The notes below the pieces were generated by a model that saw nothing but the letters and a program-made list of their open reading frames with translations, was not told the origin of the DNA and searched no databases. A stretch of 56,242 nt of DNA, counting the filler, from Squatina squatina (taxonomy: Eukaryota): the NCBI GenBank assembly GCA_031763465.1. It is 3 parts of 3 records of this genome, joined end to end, with 100 filler letters (N's around TTAATTAATTAA, not from the genome) between each part and the next. Parts side by side here need not be neighbours in the genome. Positions count along the whole stretch, not along the records: positions 1 to 24,328 come from JARFOE010000120.1; 2 more parts are not named here. One strand, 5' to 3'. Of the stretch, positions 1 to 13,437 are shown in pieces (position 1 is the first letter of the stretch; every line of letters begins with the position of its first letter). Made by a program: the position numbers and the translations under genes.

Positions 1-2168
1 CTTCCAGCTGGGAGTGAGCAGGACCATTACATTTCTCCATCTTATGTGCCCCCAAGAGAAGACACCTTTGGATAGAACAACTTGATTCAATAACTGGACT
101 GGAAAGAACAATACAAAACAGTCAACCAATGAAGGCTAGTGTGAGTGATAGGTAGCTCTGGCACTTGAGCTTTGGCCTTCTGGTTGAATGTCAAGCGTAC
201 AAAGAGTTTTTGAAAAACCTAGATTGGACCCATGGAGCTAAGTGGGATTTCTGGCTGCAACACTGAGCAAAGCCACCAGCGTTCACCTTTTATACTTGAG
301 TTCAAATACAGCCAAGGACAGTTCTTTCTCCACAGCTGGTTGACATGTGAACATCAACTGACTTTTGGAGTGGTCACTGCCAATACAGTGAAATAGAATA
401 TGACTCATTCTATTTGAATTATGCCTCCTGTTGACTGTCTACAGGACAACACAGGCGGCAACTGCACTACACACTGTCCCGTCATTTAGGCTGAGTGAGG
501 AAGCACCGGTTGTGTAGTGAGCAGCATTGCACTGCAACAAAACAAGCAGTTTGTACTTTATATTTCTCATTTCTTTAAAAAAGACAAACATATCACTTAA
601 TATTAAAGTTAGAAATGATTCATAAAGTGATATAACTGGAGAGCACTAAAACAATTTGCCTCAGATTTAGACAAAGATTGCGATCCCTGTTTTAAAAAAT
701 ACCTGTCATAAAAAATGAATTTCTTTATTTCAGCTATCCGCTCATTAAACTTCTGTAAAAATGCTTTGTTTTGAAACGTTTTGGTTCCCAACTATCAGCC
801 AAATTAGAAAAAAAAAACTATGAATTGATAAAGGCTGGGTAAGTAATTGGAGATGAAGCAGTCTGCTCCGATAAAGGAAACAAGCTGATGATGAGTCGCT
901 TGGCATTACTGTCTCCGGCAGTTCCTCCAGAATGTAAATGCAACTGTATCTCTGGGGGGAAAATACACAGAGAAGAGAGAAGAAAAGGGCGATTCATTGG
1001 TGTTTGGGACATCTTGACAATTTACTCGGATCTGCTGCGAGCAACCTCAGTGCTGGCAACGTGTGTCTTCTCCTCGCCACATTACTCTTCATTAAATAGA
1101 TTTTAGTCTCTATTCTGCAGCTTGTGCTCTTGGCCTTTGGTCCCTCTCCTCTCTGTCTGTCATGAAAGATCTCCCTTTTTTTCTGAAAAGACACAGCTTT
1201 CAGGCAACCCCGCACATAATCTGTCCACTGCAGAAATCTAATGTGAGTCTTAACTCTCCATTCGAATACTTTTATGGGTGAGATCTACTGTAAGCATTTA
1301 ATTACCCTGTTTAAAGTCGCCTCCTGAATTTTAGTGANNNNNNNTACTTATGTCAGAATCTATACACAGAGCAGTTTAACCCGACTTACAGCAATATTCT
1401 GCACGGCACTGAAGTGAAAATAAGCCCAATGAGGTTTTTGCACAGCTACTTCCAAAGTGGCTAAAGTAGATGGGTTAAAAATTGACATGTAATGAAGGTT
1501 GGCCTGTTCAAATGATCACAACCACTACAGGTATATGTCCAACTCCAGCTTCTCCTCTCCCTACTTATCTGGTGTTTTCACTTTTAAAGGGCCGACTAAG
1601 AACCCAAGGTGTCAATGAATATACTGCCCTTCACGGGATGCACAAGAAAGAGCTCTGTCATGCCATCATTGCAGCTACGGACAGGCTGGAATGTTGATTT
1701 GAAAATCCGTTGCTTCCTGTGAGAGATTGCTTTGCGTGAGCCGAGCTTTCAACTCATTCAGACACCAGCGGAGTCCTCCTCTCTTTCATGACTTGAGCTT
1801 TGTTGGCCCCCAGCTTAGGTGCCGGAAGCTGAGGAAGCCCACTAATAGTTAACAAACTTTAGGGAGTAGTAAGCTAAACTTGCTGGGCAGATGTGAAGTC
1901 AAAGTGTGACTTTTTGACACAAGCCAGCTGCTGTTACTCCTCCAGATTCAGCCCATTGCTCCCCTGATAAAAACAGCAGTTAATCCTTAAACTGGGCTAT
2001 CAGAAAGTACATGTAGTACCAAGAGATAACTAAAAAGTACACCACAGATTGTTTATTTCAGACAAGCACGAAACAGATACACTTCGAATGTCTGCTGGTC
2101 AAGAACACAGAGACAATATCATAGATACAGTTTTTTTAAAGAATTAATTTATGTAAGCATAAAATATT

Positions 2169-2337
2169 GGGGTAGAAATTCCTCGGGGGCAGTAGTGCAA
2201 AATGGGCGGTATCACATTGCCACTTGATATTCCATTCCATTGACCACAATGGATCTTAATAGCGGGCGGGGCGAACAACAGGTGGCCCATGCGAGACCAC
2301 CCGTTTTGCACTACCAGCCAAGATGAATTTCTACCTC
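2169..2337. mobile_element. MITE, probably PIF/Harbinger-derived
   Basis: ~42-bp imperfect TIRs (GGGGTAGAAATTC..GTAGTGCAAAATGGGCGGT / ACCACCCGTTTTGCACTAC..GAATTTCTACCTC); ATT flanks both ends (3-bp TSD). Confidence 0.75.
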
Positions 2338-4474
2338 ATTATGCTTTGTTTCTGATATCTCAGCTCACTTCGCATCTTAAGGTAGATTTTCCTGGTCCAG
2401 TGCTATTGGATGTATAGTGAATACATGAAAATTGGGCAAGGAGGAAAGCATTTCCGTAACACTTGATTTGTCTCCATTCACTGCACCATTCAATAGCCTC
2501 AATCACAAGTCCAGCAANNNNNNNNNNNNNNNNNNNNNNNNNNNNNNNNNNNNNNNNNNNNNNNNNNNNNNNNNNNNNNNNNNNNNNNNNNNNNNNNNNN
2601 NNNNNNNNNNNNNNNNNCCATCTCTCCATTTCATTGCTAATATTCCAGGCATTGCTTCTCTGGATTTCCCTGTCTTGTTCCTCTGAGCCTCAAATATGCT
2701 ACATCACAACCCAGCTCAGCGTGTCTTACTCCAACTCATTGTTTTCCTGACCCCAAGGGGTGAGGGGAGTGGGAAAAGGGGGAAGGAGTGGGGGAGGAGC
2801 CGATACAGCTCCTGAACTGGTTCGTAGCTTGTGTGGTACATGGTGTTGATCTGTCCCGGCAGATTTCTTGTTCCCATTGTCTATTGTGGTCATTCTCTCC
2901 CTAGTAGCTTGGCTGAGATCTAGAAGTGAGCCAGTGACCTCACCACTCCATGATAATCCAATGCATGACAGCACTGGACAGTCCGCATCAAACTTAATTA
3001 AAACCCCTCGCCCAAATTTATTTTGCTATTCAGGAGTTTATATAAACTTGGGATTTCCAAATTTGAATCCTTTTGAATCCATAGCTACATCCAAATTTCT
3101 CATTTTGCACATCTTATTCAGTCCTCCTACATGGACTCTCCTACTCCCAGCCCTGATCTTGAACCTCTCTCCATTGCAGCCCAACTCTCCACTTCATTGG
3201 TAATTTAAAAGTGATATTTCAAACTCAAACTCTAATTCCCTGTCTGCAGCGCAAATGCGGTGTCCCTGGCCTGAGCAATCTCAAGGACGATCCACTCTCG
3301 GATCAGAGTGCGCAATATAATTGCACCTTATGTCCAATTGGCACAGGGTCTAATCATATGCATACCGGCTTTATTAAATAAAGACAATTCATTTTGTGCA
3401 ATGAAAGACTGGCACAAACCAAAATGTAACAATTATCAAGATTTCATGGATTATAAATTGGTGAAAATCTTGGCATACGGGGGAAAATTACTTGTGTTAC
3501 ACAAAAGTGGATTTACTTAAAACAAGACAAAGCAAATTGGCGGCGAATGCAGAATTGGGGAAAGTTGTAGAAGGGTCGCCAAGTAAACAACATTTTATTG
3601 TCCTTGAAAATAAAGTGGCAGCAGGGACTGCTGCTCTGAAAATCAGAAACTCCTAGATTCAGTTGTTATGCTGTCAATAACATCACTGAGCTATTTATGT
3701 GACATTGCTCGGCTCCAAGTCTCACTTTGATGAGGACATTCTGGAAACTATTAGACGTGCAAAAGCACAGGAAGGGAATGGATAAATTACTGATACATTG
3801 ACATGAGTTTGATGAAGGATTGAGTTCTGTTTCTATCCTTCTCCTAGCTTTTTGATTGCTCTTGCTGCCCCCTTGAATCCATTTCCTTGTCTTCCCCTTG
3901 CTTCTCTGAACTTTATGATCTCTTTTCCAGCTTTCTCTGCTCCTCTCGCTGTCCCCCTGCTGCTGTTTCAGTTGTGCTAAGGGATAGGTTCAGCAAGTTC
4001 AGTCTCTCATCGTGACTTGTCTTCCCCTTAACAGCGAGTGAGAGATGGATAGCGTGTGAGAAAACCTGAGCGGGGAATTGGTTGGAAAACTGTGAGAGCG
4101 ATGAAGAGTGTGAAGAAAAGGAACAGAAAATGTGAAGAACAGGACTGAAAACTGAGAACAGAGAAAGCAATCAAAGAAATCAAAACGAGGGACAAAAAAA
4201 GACAATAAGAACTTTTTTTGAGGGACATTGTCCTCAGGAAAAGGTTTGAGTGTGAACATATGACAAAAATATGACAAACATACAATGCAAGGATATAAAT
4301 CATATCCCTGGAAAAACATGCATGAAACTCTGATTTCTGCCTTTCTTTCTCTTGCACCCAAAGCAGCTTTTCAAGAAGATAGCTCCCCTTTAACTGGAGC
4401 ATATGTAAAAGTTAATAGGTAAAAGTCTGAAAATACTGAATTATGGAATATATATGGATGCTTGCTGAGTTCTT

Positions 4475-5411
4475 GGTGGGAATTTTAACTCCTGAGCGGC
4501 AAAGTGGGCAAGCGAGTGGCCGGCCCATCCTAGGCAGGAGGTCCAGCCGAATTTAATGGCTGGGCCTATTTAACATGCTGCTGGCTGACTTCCCGCCCAG
4601 CTGTTTTGGAAAGAGAAATTTGAATAAATGTAAACTTGATTTAAACTTAAAGACTAGCCTAATAACTCATGCTTAGGTACAATTCCAGTACGTCTCCAGA
4701 CCTCACAGAGCAAGTGTAAGTCTCCCCTGCTCAGACTCTTTGCCCTTCCCTCTTCTCAAACCACTGGCTGTCCCAGAACCTCCATTTCCACCACCCACCC
4801 CCCACACTTAACTTGGGCTTAACTTTCCACCGCTTCCTGCCAAAAAATGGCCTAAAATGAAGTGCTGGGGTGCCTTTGTGTCAATGGATAACGAAGAGAA
4901 AAATCAGGCATGACCAATTGCTGGAAGTATGCGTGTGTGGATGTCACACTTGGCTGTCATACTGCGATTGTTCAATAGCCTGTCAATACTCNNNNNNNNN
5001 NNNNNNNNNNNNNNNNNNNNNNNNNNNNNNNNNNNNNNNNNNNNNNNNNNNNNNNNNNNNNNNNNNNNNNNNNNNNNNNNNNNNNNNNNNNNNNNNNNNN
5101 NNNNNNNNNNNNGGGAGGCCCACATTTTCCTTTGCTACTCCTGGCCCCTTTTGAAATTTACCTGCAAATACCTTTTCAGTCTTCAGACCTGGTTGTAGTT
5201 GCCCTGCCCTCTTTTGGGTTAAGATGGCGTCTGGGCCCTATTGACATAATAGCTCATGTATTTGCGTAAATGAATGAGGCTAAAATTGACTCAGGAGGGT
5301 GCCTCAAGTGTCTGAAAAAGCAAATATTTTACAATTGGAACAGTTTCACCCACCCCATTTGAACTGCCCACCCACCCGGTTTCCGATGGGCAAGAAAGTT
5401 AAATTTCCCCT
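4475..5411. mobile_element. Probable non-autonomous DNA transposon remnant(s) spanning a gap
   Basis: Left end GGGAATTTTAACT and right end AGTTAAATTTCCCC are inverted; GC-rich interior resembles 11791-12486. Confidence 0.4.
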
Positions 5412-6100
5412 CAATTGTCTTATTAATGCCACTGCTCATGAGGTAGCTGTTTGGTACTGTCAAATGTGATGGTTATAAATAAGTCCACCATAAGTTTTAC
5501 TATAATGTTATTTCAGACAGTCTCGGCAGTATGATTGCTTTTATATTACAGATATACTGAGTGACTGGAGTTTAGTGCTCTACATGATATGAAGGTACAA
5601 CTGCTTTGATAATAATATTAGTAATGAAAAACTATTGCCAACATCACTTCATCTTCCACCCTGCAGGACTGTATAACTCTTTAAGGACCATTTTAACTGT
5701 TCTTTCTATTTGTCAGACTGTGACATTTTAACCCTCTGACTGATTCATTTCCTTTGTGCCTTAAAGCAGTTGTTTTTTTTTCCAGCACTTTTCATCTGCC
5801 AAATGTGCTATACATCGAGACATCCTGTGCTTCTACTGAGTGCTTGACAAGATCTCGCCATTGATCAGGAAGACATACAAAGGGGCCCAATGCTATGTGC
5901 AGGTCAAGAGTGCCGACTTTTATTGGCTCACAATAGAGACCAATATAAGAGTTGGATGTGTGTGGTCAGCAGTGCTATTTGGTGTGTTGATTGACTGAGT
6001 NNNNNNNNNNNNNNNNNNNNNNNNNNNNNNNNNNNNNNNNNNNNNNNNNNNNNNNNNNNNNNNNNNNNNNNNNNNNNNNNNNNNNNNNNNNNNNNNNNNN

Positions 6101-6274
6101 TGAGTACATTCAAAACAGAGATCGATAGATTTCTAGATATTAAGGGCATCAAGGGATATGGGGATAGTGCAGGAAAATGGCGTTGAGGTAGAAGATCAGC
6201 CATGATCTAATTGAATGGTGGAGCAGGCTCGAGGGGCCGAATGGCCTACTCCTGCTCCTAGTTCTTATGTTCTT
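6101..6274 (+). mobile_element. CR1-clade (HER1-like) LINE 3' end
   Basis: ORF2 end FKTEIDRFLDIKGIKGYG then tail GATCAGCCATGATC..GAATGGCCTACTCCTGCTCCT..TTCTTATGTTCTT. Confidence 0.85.
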
Positions 6275-8337
6275 ATTATTGTCTGTATCTTTCCACACTA
6301 TTTACTTGTCACCTGACAACAACAATGGATAAACCATTCAGAAAATAACAACCTGCTGTTTACATCTCGGCGTCCCTTGGCAGCACAGAACAAAGGCCTC
6401 TGTTTGAACTTTGTTTTAAATGGATAAAAGTAAATACACAAATTTGTGACACCCTAACGGAAATAAATGCTAGATTTATAAAAGATGAAATTTTATATCC
6501 CACCAACCATCTGCAAAATGCCACGACAAACTGGATTCTGCCAGGTTTCACTTTGACCTGTACACTGTCAATGAACCTCTGTGCTGCCTCCAAGCTAATC
6601 TCAGCAAAAAGAAGCAATCCCCCCCAGGGTAGATTGCCTGTTAGCAAAAGTTCAGATGCAGCACAGAGTAAACACTCGTGGGATACAGGCAATATCTCTG
6701 AACAACCCCCGCCGCCCCCCCCTCCCCACCCCCAATCACCACCACCCGTGATTGCCAACTAACCACAGAAATTAAACTCAGCCACAAAAAACAAACGGTA
6801 ACTGCCAACGCAGCACTACTGTTTGAATTTCAAGAGTAAAACTTCATTTTGGGAAAAAAAACAAATGGTAGACGGCAGCTTTCTGTTTTTTCACATTGAA
6901 GTTGCTTCATATTAAAGATCCATTTCTGACGAAGCAAATGTATTTTGCCAAGTAAAGAAACTGGAAGTACAGCCAGCTCATTTTAAAATTGGATCGAAAG
7001 CATATGAGGTGAAACCATTCTATAATACTCATGTTCTGAAATGCTGGGGAAGCTGGAATTCCACAGTATGAAAATCTCTCTCTGAGAAACAATAGAGTTT
7101 TCAGTATTTGTTATTTGAAATGGCCTCATCATTTTGCACACTGACAACCCATTCTTCCAACAGGAGTCCAAATGCAGATCAGCGGATTAAGGCCTCAATC
7201 TTGGGCAGGGTGGCCTCCAACAAGGCCTAAATTGGGGAGTGAGTGGAGAGCATGGGGGTCATGATCGTGGAGGGCGAGGGTCCTGGGGCGGTGGCAGCCC
7301 AGAGTGTTACTCCTGCTCCTCCAGGGCTCACAAAAATAATTTGACACTTACCTTTGATGGGCCTCTTTAGTTGCACCGCCCGTGGAACTGCTTGGAGTGT
7401 ACACGACGCAGACTCAGACCTGTCCCAACCTAAGATGGCAATTGGGTTCCTTTATATGTCATAAAACTCCCATTTCTTTTTTTAAGCGGGCTTATCATCT
7501 GAATCAGGCAAGCACTTTAGACACCTGATGGTAGGCCCCTTTCAAAATGGAGTCAGCCGCATCGCGGGTGTTCACAGGAGCAGTAAGGCCTTTGCCACCC
7601 TGTTAACATCAGGTGAAGGCAGTGAAACTCGACCTTTGTTCATTCGATGTGGGAGATGTGTATCCAGGACATTCTATGATGCCCGATGCAGTCTTCAGTG
7701 AAAGAGGAATTCTGACTTGTCATCGCTGCAAGTGTTAATCTACAGTTAATTACCAGGAAATAATGCAGTCGTTTCATACTATATGAAAATGAAGTAGTTT
7801 ACAAGGACAGAAAAGAAACATCAAACACTAGCAGCTGTTTGAATGCAATCTCTCAAAGTTGCTAACTTCAGTTTCATTTGCTGCTCTTGTGTTATTGGTT
7901 TTACAGGCATCCTCATTGTAAGAACTGGAAAAACTAAATGTATGTGACTGTTTCTTGCTCCTTGTCCAGAACACTTAGGGCAGCACTTATCACTTAAGCA
8001 ACCACATTTGTTCAATGAATTACAATTGCATGGTATGCAATCTAGTGATTTTTATTGACATCAATAAATAATAGTAATCCCTCTGACATTCAGTGCGGAC
8101 TGATCAGTTTAAAAGAGGTGGGTACACGACCATATTATAAAATACGGAAATAATTCCCCAATGGCTTAGTTGGGAAGCGCACTGCCTAGCACAGAACTGA
8201 ATCATACAGATCAGGAAGGCTCCCGGTTTGATTCCCCTTTTGGAAAGTTGGTTGATCTTAGCCAAGGCAACAGCTAGGCCATTACATTTACCTCAAAACT
8301 TCTGAGGGGGATAATTGCTCCCTATCACAACCCACTA

Positions 8338-8436
8338 AGGCAGGTAAATGGAGTTGAGGTATGAGTCAGTCTTGATCGAACAGAATTGTGGAACAAGCTG
8401 GAGGGGATGAATAGCTTACTCCTGCTCCTATGTTCC
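8338..8436 (+). mobile_element. CR1-clade LINE 3' tail, diverged
   Basis: Similar to the 6180-6274 tail. Confidence 0.6.
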
Positions 8437-8479
8437 AGTACCTCCTGTTGGAAGATGCAGCTGTTTGGATACCAGGTGA

Positions 8480-8823
8480 TGATAGTCATCTCTATAACCT
8501 CCTCCAGCCCTACAACCCTCCGAGAGCTCTGTGCTCCTCCAATTCTGGCCTCTTGCGTATCCCCGATTTCCTTCGCTCCACCGTTGGCGGCCATACCTTC
8601 AGGTGCCTAGGCCCCAAGCTCTGGAATTCCCTCCTTAAACCTCTTGGCCTCTTTACCTCTCTCGTCTCCTTTAAGTCGCTCCTTAAAACCCAACTCTTCG
8701 GTCACCTATCCTAAAATCTCTTGGTGTCAAATTTTAGTTTGATAACCGCTCCTGTGAAGTGCCTTGGGATGTTTTAGCTACTTTAAAGGCTCTATGTAAA
8801 TGCAAGTTGTTCTTGTTATTGTT
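8480..8823 (+). mobile_element. L2-clade LINE 3' end
   Basis: LYNLLQPYNPPRALCSSNSGLLRIP..GGHTFRCLGPKLWNSL..FKSLLKTQLF, tail AAATGCAAGTTGTT. Confidence 0.8.
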
Positions 8824-10652
8824 CCCCACTTATCAACACTTAGCAGCAGAGACCTAATGATGAAGCACCAGCTGTGTGTGGCACAAAACCAGGCCTTTGA
8901 CAGAGAGAATTGGAGAGGATAGTAATAGTGTAAAAAATACAAATTAGATCGATGCTATTAGGCCCAGGCCTCACAACAGCAACAATGAGCAGGTGGCGGA
9001 TGTGCTGAACCAACTGACCATTTTGCGCCAAAATTTAAAATAGGCCCTGTAATGTTTCCAACCCACTTCTTTTTTGTNNNNNNNNNNNNNNNNNNNNNNN
9101 NNNNNNNNNNNNNNNNNNNNNNNNNNNNNNNNNNNNNNNNNNNNNNNNNNNNNNNNNNNNNNNNNNNNNNNNNNNNNTCAACTGGAACAAGGACGAACAT
9201 TCCACACTCGAAGTTCTACGCAGAATAGGAATGTGGGAATGAAGAATGTACATATTGAGCAATGCAAAACATATTCTTTTCTTCAGACAGTGTCCATCAG
9301 CACTGGGAGCACATGGAGCTCTGTTATCATGAACAACCAAATTCAGGCCAAAAGCTGAGTGTCAAATTTATTTTTAGCTCTGGTTCACCACACCGGTTAG
9401 AATGAAAGAAACGGCTTGATTCACAGAAGCATTTGGTGCTCTGGTGCACAAAGAACAGCGATGCCTGTAATTCACTGTCATTTTCACTGTACACATAACA
9501 GAACGACCTGTAAAAAAAAAATCGAACCCAAATGAAAGGTTGCTTTTTTAACCCCAAACTTCTGGTACATAATGGAGGCGCCAACAGACTGTATTGCACC
9601 GCACACTACCCCGATGGACTAAACTGCTCAGATGTCACAAAGTGCAGACCCAGGTCACTGCAATAATAACTTGCACAGTCAGTCTCAACTGCTTGCAGAT
9701 GGGCTGGGAAGATGATACACTTGCAAATTGCATCTGGCTCCCTAACAGCACGCCATGGGCCTCGTGGTTTTAATAATGTGCATATCACTGTCAAACCCTG
9801 TCTCCCGCATTCCCATTAACTTGCATATCTATTTTAAATGCTTACCTGTCTACTGGAATAAGGGCGATTTTGAGTAAAATCAATATTGCACTTCCACAGT
9901 TTCTGGAGATCAATATTTCTACTGTGCTGTGTTTGTTTGTGGGCTGTTTCAGATTCCCTTCTACTTTCCGAAGTCAGTGTTCGTTTACCTGGGTAGTTTG
10001 TAGGTTCAATTTGTGCTTTTGTTTCAGATGCACTGTGGGAAAAGTATAAATAAAGCAGAGGCTGCTCTAGCACTACTAAAATAATGAGGTAGATTTCATT
10101 CATTCAATGAAATGCAAATATTAGCCATACGTATGAGGCTCAAATCATAAAGGTTATTCTTGTCTGAAAACTTAGAAGTTCATCACAATTAGGAGCAAAG
10201 ATTTCCTTTTTGTACTAGTATGACAAAAACATAAACCTGTTCTTTCTAAATAAGTTCTACATGTAGCGCACAGAGCACATTTTCTTCCAAGAAAGTTATT
10301 AGGGCTCACCAGATACAACAAGTAATTTTCAACCATGATTAAACATTTGTACCAGTTATTATACTGGGCATAATATATATTATGTGTACAGTATTATTTT
10401 GTGTGACTGGTATGTATATTATGATGTATATTACATATTATGTTGCTTATATGCTGTAATTGTTATCCATGCAAGTTACGTCTGCAATTAATGTACAATT
10501 TTCCCAGTCTCATTAATTTAAAAGAAAACTGATTCTGCTGTGAGCTTTCATTCTCAGTAATTTTCCATTGAGTTTGAAGGGGAGCAAGGCTTACTGACAG
10601 CAATTCACGGCATGCCCTGCGAATGACCAGTCTTCCTGGAAGCTACGACAAG

Positions 10653-10944
10653 AACAATAACAACTTGCATTTATACAGCATCTTTAACGTAGTAAAACAT
10701 CCCAAGGTGCTTCACAGGAATGTTATAAGACTAAGGTTTGGCACCAGCCACATGAGAAGACATTATGGCAGATGAGGTAGGTTTTAAGGAGCGTCTTAAA
10801 GGAAGATAGAGAGGTAGAGAAGCAGGGAGGTTTAGGGGGGGTGGAGTTCCAGAGCTTAGGGTCTAGGCAGCTGAAGGCACGGCCACCGAAGGTTGAGCGA
10901 TTATAATCAGGGATGTACAAGAGGGCAGAATTTGAGGAGCGCAG
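10653..10944 (-). mobile_element. L2-clade LINE 3' end
   Basis: IPDYNRSTFGGRAFSCLDPKLWNS..FKTLLKTYL on minus strand; CAACTTGCATTTATA tail. Confidence 0.85.
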
Positions 10945-11149
10945 NNNNNNNNNNNNNNNNNNNNNNNNNNNNNNNNNNNNNNNNNNNNNNNNNNNNNNNN
11001 NNNNNNNNNNNNNNNNNNNNNNNNNNNNNNNNNNNNNNNNNNNNAATATTGCATATGTTTGTGGGTGAACTGTACTGAAATGAGAGACTAGTTGAAAGAA
11101 AACTTTGAGGTTTGGATTGTAGATAGCCTCTGGTTTTGGGAAGAGCCAG

Positions 11150-11176
11150 GGCAGAGAAAGGGAGAGAAAATGAGAG

Positions 11177-11207
<31 letters not shown>

Positions 11208-11220
11208 AACAGAGAGAGAT
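11150..11220. repeat. GA-rich simple repeat
   Basis: GAGAGAAA-type purine run. Confidence 0.8.
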
Positions 11221-11339
11221 GTAAAATATACAGAAAGCAGCCCAAAGGTATTCTTGAAATGGGATTAGGATGTAAAGGGTCTTGTTTTTAAACTAATCTG
11301 ATCATACTGAGATTTTGGAGTTGCTGCATTATTTTACAA

Positions 11340-11625
11340 AGACAGTCGTGCATTTCAAAAACATCACAGCACATTGCAAAGTGCATCATAACACATTAAT
11401 AACTCTGGAAGTCACTGTTGTTACGTAGGCAAATGCTGCAGCCAATTTGCCTAAAACAAGGTCCCACAACCAGCCACCGCGATGAACCAGTTAACCTGAT
11501 TTTGGTGGTTATTTCAGAAAGGAATATTGGCCATGACACCAGAACTCCTTGTTCTTCTTCAAATAGTGCCATGGGATCTGTTACAACAACTTGAACAGGT
11601 AGGCGAGGCCTTAGTTTAACATTAC
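11340..11625 (-). mobile_element. SacSINE1/Deu-domain-like SINE, diverged
   Basis: Reverse complement resembles 52200-52485 (CTTCTTCAAATAGTGCCATGGGATC, GCAGCCAATTTG). Confidence 0.65.
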
Positions 11626-11790
11626 ATTCAAAATATAGAAATAGGCAAACAGGAACAAGGTGTTACAAATTTATTTATGTCACAGTCCTTAATTGTGAAC
11701 AGATAGCTGTGAACTGCATTTGTGAGATGTGTTTTCCTGTCTGTCTGTAAGATTAGATACATATGATTTTTTAAAGTGTGTGAAAACATA

Positions 11791-12486
11791 GCAGGTGATT
11801 TTAACCTTACCCACCCAGCGGGAACTAGGCGGCTGAACAGTTAAAATCCCCCGGATCAGTCACCTGGCCTGGAGCCGGCGGAAGCTGATCTGTTGGGATT
11901 TTCACTGCAGGCGGGGAGGACACCCACCCAAAGCCAGCAGGGTCCTTCATAGCACATATATTCAACAACAACAACTTGCCTTCGTATATAATGGCTTTAA
12001 GTAAAACGTTCCAATGCGCTTCACAGGAGCATTATCAGGCAAAACGTGACACTGAGCCACATAAAGAAATATTAGGACGGGTGGCCAAAAGCTTGGCGAA
12101 AGAGGTAGGTTTTAAGCAGCATCTTAAAGGAGGAGAGAGAGGTAGAGAGGCGGAGAGGTTCATGGAGGGAATTCCAGAGCTTAGGGCCTAGGCAGCTGAA
12201 GGCACGGCCACCGTTGGTGGAGCAAATGAAAACGGCGATCCTGATGACATCATCGGGACCAGACTTTTTACGAGTAGGGCTGAACGGGAAATGGCAGCGA
12301 GTTTCCCATCAGGTCAAAACAGCGAAGATCTGGATCGAGGCCAGAAGAGCCCCGAAAAGGTAAGTTTACATTTATTTGTTGAAATTCCTCAAAGGCCCAA
12401 GAGGGCAGGAATGTTCCTCTCGGCCCCACAAGGAAATCGGAGGCCTCACCAGCTGCGACTGCACTGCACAGTTAAAATCAGGGCCA
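11791..12486. mobile_element. Non-autonomous DNA transposon with nested L2
   Basis: Ends TGATTTTAAC / GTTAAAATCA inverted; interrupted by L2 fragment. Confidence 0.5.
11963..12222 (-). mobile_element. L2-clade LINE 3' end
   Basis: (CAA)n tail then GAGGTAGGTTTTAAG..GGAATTCCAGAGCTTAGGGCCTAGGCAGCTGAAGGCACGGCCACC shared with 10653 copy. Confidence 0.85.
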
Positions 12487-13239
12487 CAATTCCAATCTTA
12501 TTACAAAAATGCACAACTGATATTTTCAAATCTGTGGGAGGAACAGCTTGCAAACCCGGGGTATCCACCCAGAAAAATGAGCCTTCATATATTGATAATA
12601 TTTCTCCATTTGTCATGAAAATTGACCTTGTCATGTTATGGCAAAGATATTTTGAAAGAGTCTCACACTTTCTGTCACTGTCTCTGGGAATGAGTCAGTG
12701 CTAATTTGATGGCAGGGAGACAGGCTGTACACTGTGATAGAATTTCAGTCCAGCTAATAGTTATATGCCTGAGGGACAGTACTAACAACATGCAATCTGT
12801 TACTGTGATGTACAACAATTAGTTTTGCAACATTCATTTTCAGCAAGTCTGTAATATCTGCCAGCTACAGTTCATAACAACATGGCCTGTTTGAGAGTCG
12901 TGTGTTTACTGTGAAACAATGGCATGAGTATGACACGGGTAAACAACCTGCACTGAATGAACTTGGTGACCACATGGATGGAGGAGCTCAAACCCATTTT
13001 TGGTCTGTGTTATTATACGTTCAGCTACTTAACTATTCTACTTATTCTCAAATGCAGTGACAATTTTTTATCTTTGAGGCTGAGATAAAATAGCCTCTAA
13101 ATCCTTTCCCTGGAACATTTGACTACTGGAAACCTTATACCCTCTATTCTCTGAACATTAAACCCCTCTGAGTGATGATATGCCAAAGATTTGCCTATTA
13201 TTTGTAGCTCCAACATCACGTGTCCGTTATAATGCTTCA

Positions 13240-13437
13240 TTAGGAACTTAGGAACAGGAGTAGGCCATTTAGCCCCTCGAGCCTGTTCCGCCATTCAATG
13301 AGATCATGGCTGATCTGCGATCCAAATCTGCATACTTGCCTTTGGCCCAGATCCGTTAATACTTTTGGTTAATAAAAAGCTATCAATCTCAGATTTAAAA
13401 TTAACAATTGATCTAGCATCAATTGCCATTGGTGGAA
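13240..13437 (-). mobile_element. CR1-clade LINE 3' end
   Basis: GGAACAGGAGTAGGCCATT..GAGATCATGGCTGATC is the reverse complement of the CR1 tail. Confidence 0.8.

Noticed and set aside
6360-6762. Gly-rich and Pro-rich ORFs on opposite strands
   Set aside because: Driven by a C-run; no domain or convincing splice sites.
8155-8270. tRNA gene
   Set aside because: Only degenerate A/B-box-like sequence, more like an old SINE head (similar at ~23700-23840, minus); no cloverleaf seen.
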